A DNA stretch of 64,000 nucleotides from an uncultured Heliobacteriaceae bacterium. Its GTDB lineage: Bacteria; Acidobacteriota; Blastocatellia; RBC074. This document shows, in pieces, positions 1-10,913 of this stretch. The notes beneath the pieces were generated by a model. It was not told the origin of the DNA. It saw only the letters and a program-made list of their open reading frames with translations, and did no database searches. The first letter of the stretch is position 1; each line of letters begins with the position of its first letter. A program made the translations under genes and the position numbers. The stretch is taken from NCBI GenBank assembly GCA_964468345.1, contig CAYXVZ010000023.1:4147-68146 (forward strand), given 5' to 3'.

Positions 1-1
1 C

Positions 2-385
2 GGCGCGCTGCTGACCGATTTGAAACAGCGCGGCATGCTCGACGACACGCTGGTCATCTGGGGCGGCGAATTCGGCCGCACGCCGGTTGTCGAATTGACG
101 GGGGCGTCGGGCGGATCGGATCGCGCGACCTGGGGCCGCGATCACAATAATCATGGCTTCACGATGTGGCTGGCGGGCGGCGGCGTCAAAAAAGGCTATG
201 TCCACGGGGCCAGCGATGAGTTCGGCTTCGCCGCGGCTGAAAAACCGGTTCATGTGCACGACCTGCACGCGACGATATTGAAATTGATGGGCTTCGATCA
301 CGAGCGTTTGACGTACCGTTACGCCGGCCGCGATTTCCGCCTGACCGACGTGCACGGCCTCGTGGTCGATGAATTGTTGGCCTAA
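2..385 (+). CDS. DUF1501 family protein, C-terminal part (5' end outside window)
   Basis: Motifs [16 protein letters not shown] and [16 protein letters not shown]; frame open to the window edge. Confidence 0.85.
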   Translation, partial: GALLTDLKQRGMLDDTLVIWGGEFGRTPVVELTGASGGSDRATWGRDHNNHGFTMWLAGGGVKKGYVHGASDEFGFAAAEKPVHVHDLHATILKLMGFDHERLTYRYAGRDFRLTDVHGLVVDELLA

Positions 386-409
386 GTTGATCGCAGGTCT
401 CTCTTTCCC

Positions 410-754
410 GGTAGGACAGGTTCCCAACCTGTCCTTGCCCACATTTTCGCGCAAGTAGAGTTGTGGTCTTCTGCCCGGAACGGGCAGCGGAGCATAGCCG
501 GTGGTGGAGGCGAAGCCGGAACCACCGGTCAGCCGAATCGAACAATCGCGCCCTGGCAGGGGCGCCGGATGTACCTGAGAATTCAATGCATTCAAGATCA
601 CTCGCAGTCCGGCGCCCCTGCCGGGGCGCGATAAAATTGCAAACGTTACCGGTGGTTCCGGCTTCGCCTCCACCACCGGCTAAGCTCCGACGCGCTTTCA
701 GCGCGTAATTCGTGCGAAAATGTGGGCAAGGACAGGTTGGGAACCTGTCCTACC
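410..754. repeat. Three nested inverted-repeat pairs (REP/REPIN-like composite)
   Basis: 41-bp perfect IR 410-450/714-754; 35-bp perfect IR 495-529/648-682; 25-bp IR 545-569/608-632 (1 mismatch). Confidence 0.9.
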
Positions 755-823
755 TGAAAAATAGTCGACTCCCTCAATGCGTCACTCTCTCTGTTACGAA
801 AACTCTTCTTTGTAAAAATAAAA

Positions 824-3229
824 ATGAATTCCCTGTTTATCGTTCGCCGCATTTCGTTCGTTTTCTTCTGTCTGTTTCTCGCCGCCTGCAGCAATCCCGA
901 GAAGGAAAAGGCCCGTCATATCAGCAAGGGCAAGGAATATCTGGCTGCGAAAAAATATGCCGAGGCGCGCATCGAATTTCGCAGCGCCCTGCAGATCGAT
1001 CGGCGCAATCCGGCCGCGCAGTTCGGCCTGGGCGAAGCCGCCTTGTCGCTCGGCTATGTGCAAGAAGCCGCCGAGGCCTATTACGAAACGATGCGGCTCG
1101 ATGCGAACAACCTCGACGCCCGCATCCGCGTCGGCAGCCTCCTGGCGCAATACGACAGCAAGGACAGCATCAACGAAGCCGAGCGGCTGGCCAATGAGGT
1201 CCTGCAGAAAAAGTCCGACAGCATCGAAGGCCGCATCCTGCTCGCCAATGTGCGCATGGCCCAGAAAAAATGGGATGAAGCGAAGCAGGAATTCGATCGC
1301 GCCGTGCAGATGGATCCGAACCGAATCGAATCGCAAATCAGCCTGGCGCGCTATTTCGACGAACGCGCCAAGGCCGAGCCCGCGCTCGGCCCAAGTTACA
1401 AAACGCAGGCGGAAGCGATCTTCAAGCAAACCATCGAGAAGAATCCCGCGGTGGCGACGCTGCGCCTTTCCTACGGCGATTTTCTTTTCGCGAACAACCG
1501 CTCCTCGGAAGCCGAACAGGAATTGATCGCGGCGCACAAGGCCGATCCGCAGGAAAAACTCGTGCTGCTCGCGCTGCGGCGCTATTACGAATCCATCGAA
1601 CGCTACGACGAAGCGGAGAATTACACGAAGAAGCTGGCCGAGATGGATCCGGACAAAACCGCGGGCCGGGCGCAGATCATCGACCTGCACGCGCGCACGG
1701 GCCGTCTCTATCAGGCGATCGGCGAATACCAGCAATTGCTCAAAGACGATCCGAAATACCTGCGCGGTTATTCGCGGCTGGCGGAGCTACTGCTCGAAGT
1801 GGGCGATGCGACCGGCGCAACGCGCAACGTCGACGCGGCGCTCAAGCAAAATCAGCAGGACACGGATGCCTTGTTGATGCGCGGGCGGCTGAACACGCTC
1901 AATGGCCAGTATCGCGAAGCCGTGAGCGACCTCGACACGGTGCTGCGCGTCGAGCCGGCGATGCCGTCGGCGCTGTATTACGCCGCAGATGCGCATCTGG
2001 CCAACAACGATGCGACCCAGGCACGCCTGTACGTAAATCGCCTGTTGAATTTCTTTCCGAAAAATCCGATGGGATTGCTGATGCAGGTGCGCGTGCAGCT
2101 TCACGAAGGCAAGGCCGCGGACGCGGAAAAGACGGCGACCTCGATTCTCGACAATATCGCGCAATTGAAATCGAATACGGCGGCCTTGCAGGCGGCGCGC
2201 ATTCCGCAGGACAGTTTGCCGAACTGGGAAAGCAAGGCCTATATCTCGCGCGCCGTCGCGCGCATTCAACTGCGCAATTTCCCGGGCGCGAAATCGGACC
2301 TCGACCAGGCCTCGAAGATCGATCCGCGCAGCGCTGAGCCACACATTAATATGGCGGCGATCCTGCTGCTCGAAGGCGATCTGCAGAATGCTGCCACCGA
2401 AGCCGAACGCGCCGTCGATCTGCAGCCGAGCAATATTGCGGCCTCGACGACGCTGGTCAATGTCTATCTCCGGCAAAAGAATTTTCACGCCGCGCAGCTC
2501 AAGCTCGATCAATTGTTATCGGCGCAGCCCAAGCGCCTGCAACTGGTCGAACTCAAAGCCCGCGTCTATGTTGCGGCCGGCGACGCGCAGAATGCAGAGA
2601 AGACGCTGCAACAGATCATTCAAACCGATCCGAATTACCTGAGCGCCTATTTTCTGCTTAGCGATTTTTATCAATCCTCGCAATCGCGCACCGATCAGGC
2701 CATCCGGCAATTGCAGGACTTGATCCGCCTGCGGCCGGACAATATCCAGCAGGTCGCCAATGCTCATCTGTTTATCGGGATTCTGGAAGAGGGCCGCGGG
2801 AATATTCCGGAGGCGGTGCGAAACTACGAACAGATGCTCAGCTATGACAAGCGATCGATGGCGGCGGCCATCGCGATGAACAACCTCGCCTGGCTCTATG
2901 CGGATCGGGATCTCGGCAATCTCGACAAGGCCGCGGATCACGCCCGCAACGCCATCAACGTTTCGCCCGAAGCCAGCTTTTATGACACGCTGGGCTACGC
3001 CTACTACAAGAAGAAGCAATACGAAGTGGCCATCGAACAATTCGCCAAAGCCATCAGCCGCAATCCGGACAAGGCCGGCTATCACCTGCATCTGGCCCGC
3101 GCTTATCGCGACAACGGCGAGACGCAAAAAGCCCGCGCCGCATATGAAAAGGCGCTGCAGATCGGCGGAACGGTGTTCCCAGAGGCGGGAGCGGCAAGAG
3201 CGGAACTGGCTTCGCTGCGGAAAAGTTAA
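824..3229 (+). CDS. TPR-repeat lipoprotein (PrsT-like)
   Basis: Lipobox FLAAC, then many TPR-like helical repeats over 801 aa. Confidence 0.8.
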   Translation: MNSLFIVRRISFVFFCLFLAACSNPEKEKARHISKGKEYLAAKKYAEARIEFRSALQIDRRNPAAQFGLGEAALSLGYVQEAAEAYYETMRLDANNLDARIRVGSLLAQYDSKDSINEAERLANEVLQKKSDSIEGRILLANVRMAQKKWDEAKQEFDRAVQMDPNRIESQISLARYFDERAKAEPALGPSYKTQAEAIFKQTIEKNPAVATLRLSYGDFLFANNRSSEAEQELIAAHKADPQEKLVLLALRRYYESIERYDEAENYTKKLAEMDPDKTAGRAQIIDLHARTGRLYQAIGEYQQLLKDDPKYLRGYSRLAELLLEVGDATGATRNVDAALKQNQQDTDALLMRGRLNTLNGQYREAVSDLDTVLRVEPAMPSALYYAADAHLANNDATQARLYVNRLLNFFPKNPMGLLMQVRVQLHEGKAADAEKTATSILDNIAQLKSNTAALQAARIPQDSLPNWESKAYISRAVARIQLRNFPGAKSDLDQASKIDPRSAEPHINMAAILLLEGDLQNAATEAERAVDLQPSNIAASTTLVNVYLRQKNFHAAQLKLDQLLSAQPKRLQLVELKARVYVAAGDAQNAEKTLQQIIQTDPNYLSAYFLLSDFYQSSQSRTDQAIRQLQDLIRLRPDNIQQVANAHLFIGILEEGRGNIPEAVRNYEQMLSYDKRSMAAAIAMNNLAWLYADRDLGNLDKAADHARNAINVSPEASFYDTLGYAYYKKKQYEVAIEQFAKAISRNPDKAGYHLHLARAYRDNGETQKARAAYEKALQIGGTVFPEAGAARAELASLRKS

Positions 3230-3239
3230 TGGCGCTTTT

Positions 3240-3319
3240 GCCGCAGATCGAACAGAAAAACGCGGATCAAACCTGGCTTTCTTATCCGCGTTACTCTGCG
3301 TTTATCTGCGGCTTTTTTT
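3240..3319. repeat. Palindromic element (ccgcagat/aacgcggat family), probably acting as terminator
   Basis: Imperfect arms 3240-3267/3284-3312 followed by a T run, between convergent genes. Confidence 0.7.
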
Positions 3320-3332
3320 AAGGAACTCGGGA

Positions 3333-3803
3333 TCAGACTCGATCCAGGGAGCGGGTTGTGTGCTCTGCGACGCTGGAAATCGGTTCCTGCGATGATTCGG
3401 TGAGCATTTTATTTGTATCCGGCGGCGAGAGCGGAGGAGCGGAACGTGCTTTCTTACGCTCTTCCTTGATCTGCTGCAGTTCATTCCATTTCCCAATGAA
3501 GGCGATATACAGCGCAATCCAGGCAATCCCCCCGAGAATGCCGAGGCCGGTCCAGAAGTGTCCCTGGACCAACATCACCCAATACACAATGGCGGATGCC
3601 CCCGTGAGCAGCAGACTGGCCAGCAAGGCCTGGATTCCCCGCCCCACCATCCGTTCCGTTCGGCGTAACTCCACGGGCAGATCAGCGCCTTCCTCGGCAA
3701 GCTGTTCCTGAAAGACCTGCGTTAGCTTTTCGAGCCCGAAGCCACAGGCACGACAGAATTTCTGATTCTCGGCAGCGCGGGCGCCACAACTTGGACAATG
3801 CAT
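3333..3803 (-). CDS. Zinc-ribbon membrane protein
   Basis: MHCPSCG...FCRACG, two hydrophobic helices, GGAGGT SD before ATG 3803. Confidence 0.75.
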   Translation of the reverse strand: MHCPSCGARAAENQKFCRACGFGLEKLTQVFQEQLAEEGADLPVELRRTERMVGRGIQALLASLLLTGASAIVYWVMLVQGHFWTGLGILGGIAWIALYIAFIGKWNELQQIKEERKKARSAPPLSPPDTNKMLTESSQEPISSVAEHTTRSLDRV

Positions 3804-3967
3804 AAAAGACCTCCCATTGAATCCTATTGATGGAATACGCAACGAGAGCGGAAAGGTTCGACCAGGAAAGGAAACGATAAGAAAGAAAGTGTTACCATCC
3901 CCTTCTCATCGTTCCTTCCTGGCGCATCCGTCTAAATCAGTGCATACAACTTTGGGACAAAGCTCTT

Positions 3968-4051
3968 ACGACGAAGAAACGAAGAGCACGAAGAATAGTG
4001 AGAGAAGGCATTTTCGTTCGTCTTTCTTCGTGCTCTTCGTTTCTTCGTGGT
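3968..4051. repeat. Palindromic element (cacgaag family)
   Basis: Arms 3968-3995/4024-4051, 27/28 complementary; a related weaker hairpin lies at ~3863-3923. Confidence 0.8.
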
Positions 4052-4075
4052 TGTGCCTTTCTTCGTTGTCCTGAT

Positions 4076-4906
4076 TTAGTTAATCCCCAACAATTCCACT
4101 TCGAACACCAGCGTCGCATTCGGGGGAATGACGCCGCCCGCGCCGCGCGCGCCGTAGCCGAGTTGCGGCGGGATGACGAGTTTGCGTTTGCCGCCGACCT
4201 TCATGGACATGACGCCTTCGTCCCAGCCCTTGATGACCTGGCCGACGCCGATCTGAAAGGTGAAGGGTTGATTGCGATCGAGCGAGCTGTCGAATTTGCG
4301 GCCGTCATCGAGCGTGCCGGTGTAATGCACCGTCACGTTCTGTCCCGGCTTCGGGCTTTCGCCCGTGCCGACGACGAGGTCTTCATATTTCAATCCGGAT
4401 TCCGTAGTCATCGCTTTGGCTCCCAGCACAGAGGCTTTTAAAGGAACGGAAACCCACGAGACCGCCTGCCAACCGGTGGGACGACGCGCCCAGACTTCGG
4501 TGTGACTGGCGGCGCCGAGCGGTTTGCCGTTCCGAACATAGGTTGCGCGGCCGGTCACGACAGCGGTCGTGCCATACACGCGTAGCTTGAACTCATCGGT
4601 TCGTATTTCATCCAGTTGGACGGTGGTGGATTTGAGCATCTCGATCATCGCCGCCTTGTCGACGAAGCTGCCATCCGTATTGATTGCCGTAAAATCCGCC
4701 GCAAAAATGCGATTGAGCGTGGTTTCGTCTTTCTTGACCACTGCGTCGAACCATTCGCGCTCCAGCTTCCTGAGCTGCGCTTCGGTTGCCGTCGCCGCGG
4801 CGCCTCCTGTTTTCGCGGGCAGCGGCCGTTTTGCTTTGGTCTGGGCGAGAGCGAGCGAGGCTGTGACAAGAACCAACAAAAGGGTAAGAAAAAATCTCTT
4901 CTGCAA
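4076..4906 (-). CDS. Secreted DUF4440/SnoaL-like + FKBP-type peptidyl-prolyl isomerase fusion
   Basis: Signal peptide; NTF2-like middle domain; FKBP motifs VHYTGTL, FDSS, GQVIKGWDEG, YGARG, IPPNATLVFEVELL; TTG start with AAAGGAG SD. Confidence 0.85.
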   Translation of the reverse strand: MQKRFFLTLLLVLVTASLALAQTKAKRPLPAKTGGAAATATEAQLRKLEREWFDAVVKKDETTLNRIFAADFTAINTDGSFVDKAAMIEMLKSTTVQLDEIRTDEFKLRVYGTTAVVTGRATYVRNGKPLGAASHTEVWARRPTGWQAVSWVSVPLKASVLGAKAMTTESGLKYEDLVVGTGESPKPGQNVTVHYTGTLDDGRKFDSSLDRNQPFTFQIGVGQVIKGWDEGVMSMKVGGKRKLVIPPQLGYGARGAGGVIPPNATLVFEVELLGIN

Positions 4907-5016
4907 ACCTGACTCCTTTGCTCGCGATCTGGCGCGAGTCTTTCAGATGTGATAAGCCATCCCAGACAATACTCAATTTTCCCACGCGTTGTACAGCGGA
5001 CCTATCCCGGAGGCAT

Positions 5017-6776
<1,760 letters not shown>

Positions 6777-6780
<4 letters not shown>

Positions 6781-6919
6781 GCAGGAGGCAGCGGCAGGAG
6801 GCAGGCGATGACCGTGGAGAGACCAAAAGCAGTTGGCAGGAACAACTGATAGGAGAGCGCGCTGGCGCTCACGATGACAGTGGCTTGGATACTGCCGACT
6901 GCCGCTGCCTCCTGCCTCC
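6777..6919. repeat. Palindromic element (gtaggcaggaggcag family)
   Basis: Arms 6777-6805/6892-6919 between convergent genes. Confidence 0.8.
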
Positions 6920-6929
6920 TTCTTTCCGC

Positions 6930-8000
6930 CTATTTGTTTTCAGCAATATGACCGATCATCGCCAACGGTTCTCCCTTGTTGACGGGCGGCGTGGCGACGA
7001 CGTAGAGGACGGTGCCGGCAAAGGGCGCGCGCGATTCATAGATTCGCTTGCCGAAAAAGTCCGTGACATAGCCGATCAGCGTTCCCTTGGCGACGGATTG
7101 ATGCCGATCGACCAGGGAATAAAAAATGCCGGTGGCTTCGGTGGTCAGGACGACGCTGCGATCGATGAATTGCGGAGATTCGACAACGGCCGCGGTCCCG
7201 GGCAGGATTTTCAGATGCCGCATAATGTTGAGCAGGCCGTCTTCGATTTTTGCAATGGAGTCGTGATCGGTGCGGCCGAGGCCGCCGGATTCGATCGTGA
7301 TGGCGGGCTTGCCGCGCGTTGTCGCGGTCGTCGAGCAATATTTCGAATTGGCCGGATCGGTGGGCCGTTCGCTGTCCATCACGATGTGATCGAAGCCGAA
7401 GGCCAGCGCCATCTGCCTGGATTTTTCCACCACCTCGGGACCGCCCGCCTTTGTGTCCCAATAGGTGTAATAGCCGAGATTTTCATTCCCGTCGCCGCAG
7501 TGCAGATCCATCACATAATCGGCGCGCTCGATGACTTCTTTTGTGATCTGATAGGCGATCCGCTCTGAAATCGTCCCATCCGTCTTGCCCGGATAAACGC
7601 GATTGAGATTCTTGCCGTCGACGGGCGAATAATAAATGGTTCGTTTCAAAAACGAAGGCATATTCGCGACATGCACCAGAATCACCGTGCCCGCCATCTG
7701 CGCGGGATCGAGCCGGGGCAACAGCCGCTGCAACGCGAGAATCGGCGTGTATTCATAGCCATGATTTCCCGCAACCAGCGCGAGCACCGGCCCCGGCTTC
7801 GCCCCGTGAATCACGGAGACGGGAAGCGTCGTGGCCTCGTCTTTTCCGGCGGGAATTTCAATCGAACCCGACGCCTTCTCGCCGGGCTGTGCCGTGATCG
7901 GTCCCACGACAAAGCCGCGGCGGGGCTGCTGTGCGTTACTGCTGATACTGAAGAAAAGAAAAAATACTGCCAGAATCGTGGGGAGGTTCCGCCTGGTCAT
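6930..8000 (-). CDS. Succinylglutamate desuccinylase/aspartoacylase (M14-like) family protein
   Basis: AGNHGYE, NLNRVYPG, MDLHCG motifs; signal peptide; C-terminal biotinyl-like domain. Confidence 0.85.
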   Translation of the reverse strand: MTRRNLPTILAVFFLFFSISSNAQQPRRGFVVGPITAQPGEKASGSIEIPAGKDEATTLPVSVIHGAKPGPVLALVAGNHGYEYTPILALQRLLPRLDPAQMAGTVILVHVANMPSFLKRTIYYSPVDGKNLNRVYPGKTDGTISERIAYQITKEVIERADYVMDLHCGDGNENLGYYTYWDTKAGGPEVVEKSRQMALAFGFDHIVMDSERPTDPANSKYCSTTATTRGKPAITIESGGLGRTDHDSIAKIEDGLLNIMRHLKILPGTAAVVESPQFIDRSVVLTTEATGIFYSLVDRHQSVAKGTLIGYVTDFFGKRIYESRAPFAGTVLYVVATPPVNKGEPLAMIGHIAENK

Positions 8001-8018
8001 ATTTTTTTGTGTGTCCTT

Positions 8019-9314
8019 TCACTGTTCCGCCAGTTGCTTTTTCTTCAATTGAGGTCGTTCGTTCTCTTCAGTCGTGGCGGCGGCGGGACCTTCGGTCCGG
8101 GCCTTATAGCCGCTACGGGTGCGAACGACCATGCCTTCGTCCTTCACGCGGACTTTGACTTCGCGGAAGGTGCCGTCTTTTTTCGAATTCTTGGGGTAAT
8201 AGCTGATGCGATATTGATACCGAAGCTCTTCCGCAATCCGCGTGAATGCGGACGCGACATTCGAGAGCGTGTCGGCTTTATACAGGCGCCCGCCGCTGTG
8301 ATCGGCAAGTTGCTGCAGATAGCGCGCGCCGCGCTCGTATTCTTCCGGCGATCCCATGCCGCCGCCCTGCCCGCCGCGGCCCCCCGGCCATTGACCGCCG
8401 CCCGGCCATTGCGGCGTCCACTGAAAGACGAACGGCGCGAAAGGCCAGCGCCGGCCGCCGCGCGGCGACGGAATCGGAAACGGGCTGTAAACCGGCGGCT
8501 GCCGTTGTCCCGGGCCGTAAATGCCACCGCGCGTATCGTCCATCGTGTCGTACGCGATCGGAAAGATCAGCGTATCCATTTCATCGACCAGTTCGATCGT
8601 GTTGCGCGCATTGGCCCGGCGGCTGGACGTGTCCACGCCGTCCGTGAATACAACGATCGCCTTGCGGCCCTCGATCGGGCGCATTTTTTCATCCAGCGTC
8701 CGATACATCGCTTCGTATAACTTCGTGCTGCCGCCCGTTCGCGTGCGATAGATCGCGTCCCGCGCAATGCCGCGATCGGTTGAGAACTCCGACAGAAAAC
8801 GAACCTTGTCGTCGAACGCCGCGACCATGATCTGGTCGTCTTCGCGCAACTGATTGACGAACTTGTTGGCCGCGTCCTGAATGTCTTCGAGTTTGAATTT
8901 GGTGCTGTTCGAGGTGTCGAGCACCAGCGCGACGTGGAAGGGCGTGGAGACGGACTCCACGCTTTCGATGTCCTGTTCGATGCCGTTTTCGAACACGCGA
9001 AAATCGCTCTTTTTCAGGAAAGGAGCGTAGCGGCCATCGCGCCCGATGACCGAGACCGGAACGGTCACGAGAAAGGTATCCAGTTTGATGACGCCGTTAT
9101 CGTCGATCTCAACCGGCGTTGTCACGGACAATGGTTTGCTCGGTGCGTCCCGCTCTTTGGTCTTTTCGTCTTCCTCACTGACCACCCGGCCGCGCGATTC
9201 GGACTTCACCGGTTTGCGCCCCGACTGCGCGAAAGAAGCATGAATTGAAAACGCCAACATCCCCGCGAAGAGCGTGAACACGACGATTGCGCGAGCGTAT
9301 CTGAACTGCAGCAT
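8019..9314 (-). CDS. VWA domain protein (acidobacterial type)
   Basis: LVLDTSNS MIDAS, TKLYEA, IVVFTDGVD, ELRYQY.ISYYP. Confidence 0.85.
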   Translation of the reverse strand: MLQFRYARAIVVFTLFAGMLAFSIHASFAQSGRKPVKSESRGRVVSEEDEKTKERDAPSKPLSVTTPVEIDDNGVIKLDTFLVTVPVSVIGRDGRYAPFLKKSDFRVFENGIEQDIESVESVSTPFHVALVLDTSNSTKFKLEDIQDAANKFVNQLREDDQIMVAAFDDKVRFLSEFSTDRGIARDAIYRTRTGGSTKLYEAMYRTLDEKMRPIEGRKAIVVFTDGVDTSSRRANARNTIELVDEMDTLIFPIAYDTMDDTRGGIYGPGQRQPPVYSPFPIPSPRGGRRWPFAPFVFQWTPQWPGGGQWPGGRGGQGGGMGSPEEYERGARYLQQLADHSGGRLYKADTLSNVASAFTRIAEELRYQYRISYYPKNSKKDGTFREVKVRVKDEGMVVRTRSGYKARTEGPAAATTEENERPQLKKKQLAEQ

Positions 9315-9384
9315 ATGCGCCTCCAGTTTTCGTGTTGTTTACGACCAGCTCAAGCGGAAGGGGAACCGCTGAAACCCGATTATA

Positions 9385-9519
9385 CAGGAAGCAGGAGGCA
9401 GCGGCAGGAGGCAGGGTCTTTCGCCACTGCATAATCCATTTTTATTGTGCCTCCGGCAGAGTTCCTGCCTACTGCTGCTGCCGACTGCCTCCTGCTTCTT
9501 CTGCCACTGCCTCCTGCCT
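9385..9519. repeat. Palindromic element (gcaggaggcag family); right arm overlaps YihY 3' end
   Basis: Arms 9385-9415/9464-9498, with an extra unit to 9519. Confidence 0.75.
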
Positions 9520-10464
9520 TCGAAAAGGCAGATATCCCGTCATCGACTCAGGCAAGACCTTATGCGCGGAAAGATTGGCGCCCAGAATCAGGATAAACGA
9601 TGAAATGAAGATCCATGTAATGAGCGCCATCAGGGAAGAAAGTTTTTGATAGCTTTCCTTGAAATCGAACAGCGGCAGCGCAATGCGAAAGCCGATCGTC
9701 GCGATCAGCCATAACAGGGAGGTCGCCACCGCCGTGAAAAAGACCTGTCCCGCATTCACCTTTCCATTCGGCACGATGAAATAAATCAGGAAGAGAAGCA
9801 GGATGACAAAGGGAAATGCCACGCCATGCCCGATCAGGCCGAACAGGATTTTGCCGCCCAGGGAATTTCCATCAACCAGGAAATCGAGAAAGAAGGCATA
9901 AAAGCTGGCGATCGCGACGGGCATCAGCAGGACGACGGCGCAAAGAACGACCAGCGCCAGATACGTCAGATACTGCTTGATGAAGCTGCGCTCTTTGAAT
10001 CCCCATGCGCGATTGAGCGCCGCTTCCAGCGGTTGAAACACGCCGGAGGCCGAAAAAATCAGCAGGCCGAACGACATCAGCGTCGCCTTGCCGCCCGGGC
10101 CGCGCGTGACCGAATCCAGGCTTTCAAACAGCATCTTGGATTGGTCCGGGACCAGCGACATCATCAGGCGGAAACTGGTCTCATACCCGCGCCGCCAATT
10201 GAGCACGTTCACCAGAAAACTTCCGATCAGGACTACAAAGGAGAAAAAGGAAAGGAGGACATTGAATGCAATGGCTGAGGCATTCACATACGTTTCCGTG
10301 GTCGTCAGATCATAGATCGCCGGCCACATCTTTTTGAAGAAGACAAAGCCGCCGCGCAGATAAAAGCCCACACCCCGCCCAACCGGGCGCGTGGTGGCGG
10401 GCGTGGTCGCAACCACCGGGTCTATTTTGCGCGTCGCCGCGTCGATTCTGGAGGTTTCGGACAT
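9469..10464 (-). CDS. YihY/virulence factor BrkB family membrane protein
   Basis: ASAIAFNVLLSFF, SASGVF..LEAALNRAW, LITWIFISSFILILGA. Confidence 0.85.
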   Translation of the reverse strand: MSETSRIDAATRKIDPVVATTPATTRPVGRGVGFYLRGGFVFFKKMWPAIYDLTTTETYVNASAIAFNVLLSFFSFVVLIGSFLVNVLNWRRGYETSFRLMMSLVPDQSKMLFESLDSVTRGPGGKATLMSFGLLIFSASGVFQPLEAALNRAWGFKERSFIKQYLTYLALVVLCAVVLLMPVAIASFYAFFLDFLVDGNSLGGKILFGLIGHGVAFPFVILLLFLIYFIVPNGKVNAGQVFFTAVATSLLWLIATIGFRIALPLFDFKESYQKLSSLMALITWIFISSFILILGANLSAHKVLPESMTGYLPFRRQEAVAEEAGGSRQQQ

Positions 10465-10640
10465 GATCGCTCTCGCAAAGGCCGCCTTTTCAGGCCACAA
10501 AAGTGCTATGCCAGCAAAAAACAGGCGTTCCTGACGCAGGAAATCACTGACTCGCCCGGAAGCGGATGCTCTTCGTGGCTATAAACCAACGGTTCTGATT
10601 GGCGACTGCGGGAGCGACGAATCGTCGACGCGAACAGCGA

Positions 10641-10910
10641 TTAGTGCAACTGTTGTTCGAGCGTGCCGATTTCCGCTTCGATCGCCTGCAGTTGGTGATG
10701 CAGCATTTGCCGTTGCGTGACGGTGCGAGCCCGTTGCAACTGCTCATTGATCTGACTGCGCATCAACCGCAGGGAATCAACTTTTTGGCGTTGTTCGAAG
10801 CTCGGTGCAGACGCCTCTGGCTCAGCCTGTTTGTTGGTGGTGGATTGTTGCGCAACCGGTTGTTCCACTTGCGCCTCTGCTGCTGCTGTACTTTGCCAAC
10901 CTCTTGCCAT
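10641..10910 (-). CDS. Small helical/coiled-coil hypothetical protein
   Basis: 89 aa, MARGWQS start, Gln/Leu heptads; ATG lies 3 nt after the stop of the upstream read-through ORF. Confidence 0.7.
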   Translation of the reverse strand: MARGWQSTAAAEAQVEQPVAQQSTTNKQAEPEASAPSFEQRQKVDSLRLMRSQINEQLQRARTVTQRQMLHHQLQAIEAEIGTLEQQLH

Positions 10911-10913
10911 AAC

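Noticed and set aside
410-754. Autonomous IS element
   Set aside because: There is no transposase ORF between the inverted repeats and no clear target-site duplication, so it was kept only as a non-autonomous repeat.
8330-8530. Gly/Pro-rich low-complexity stretch in the VWA protein
   Set aside because: No DNA palindrome or match to the repeat families; such linkers are usual in acidobacterial VWA proteins.
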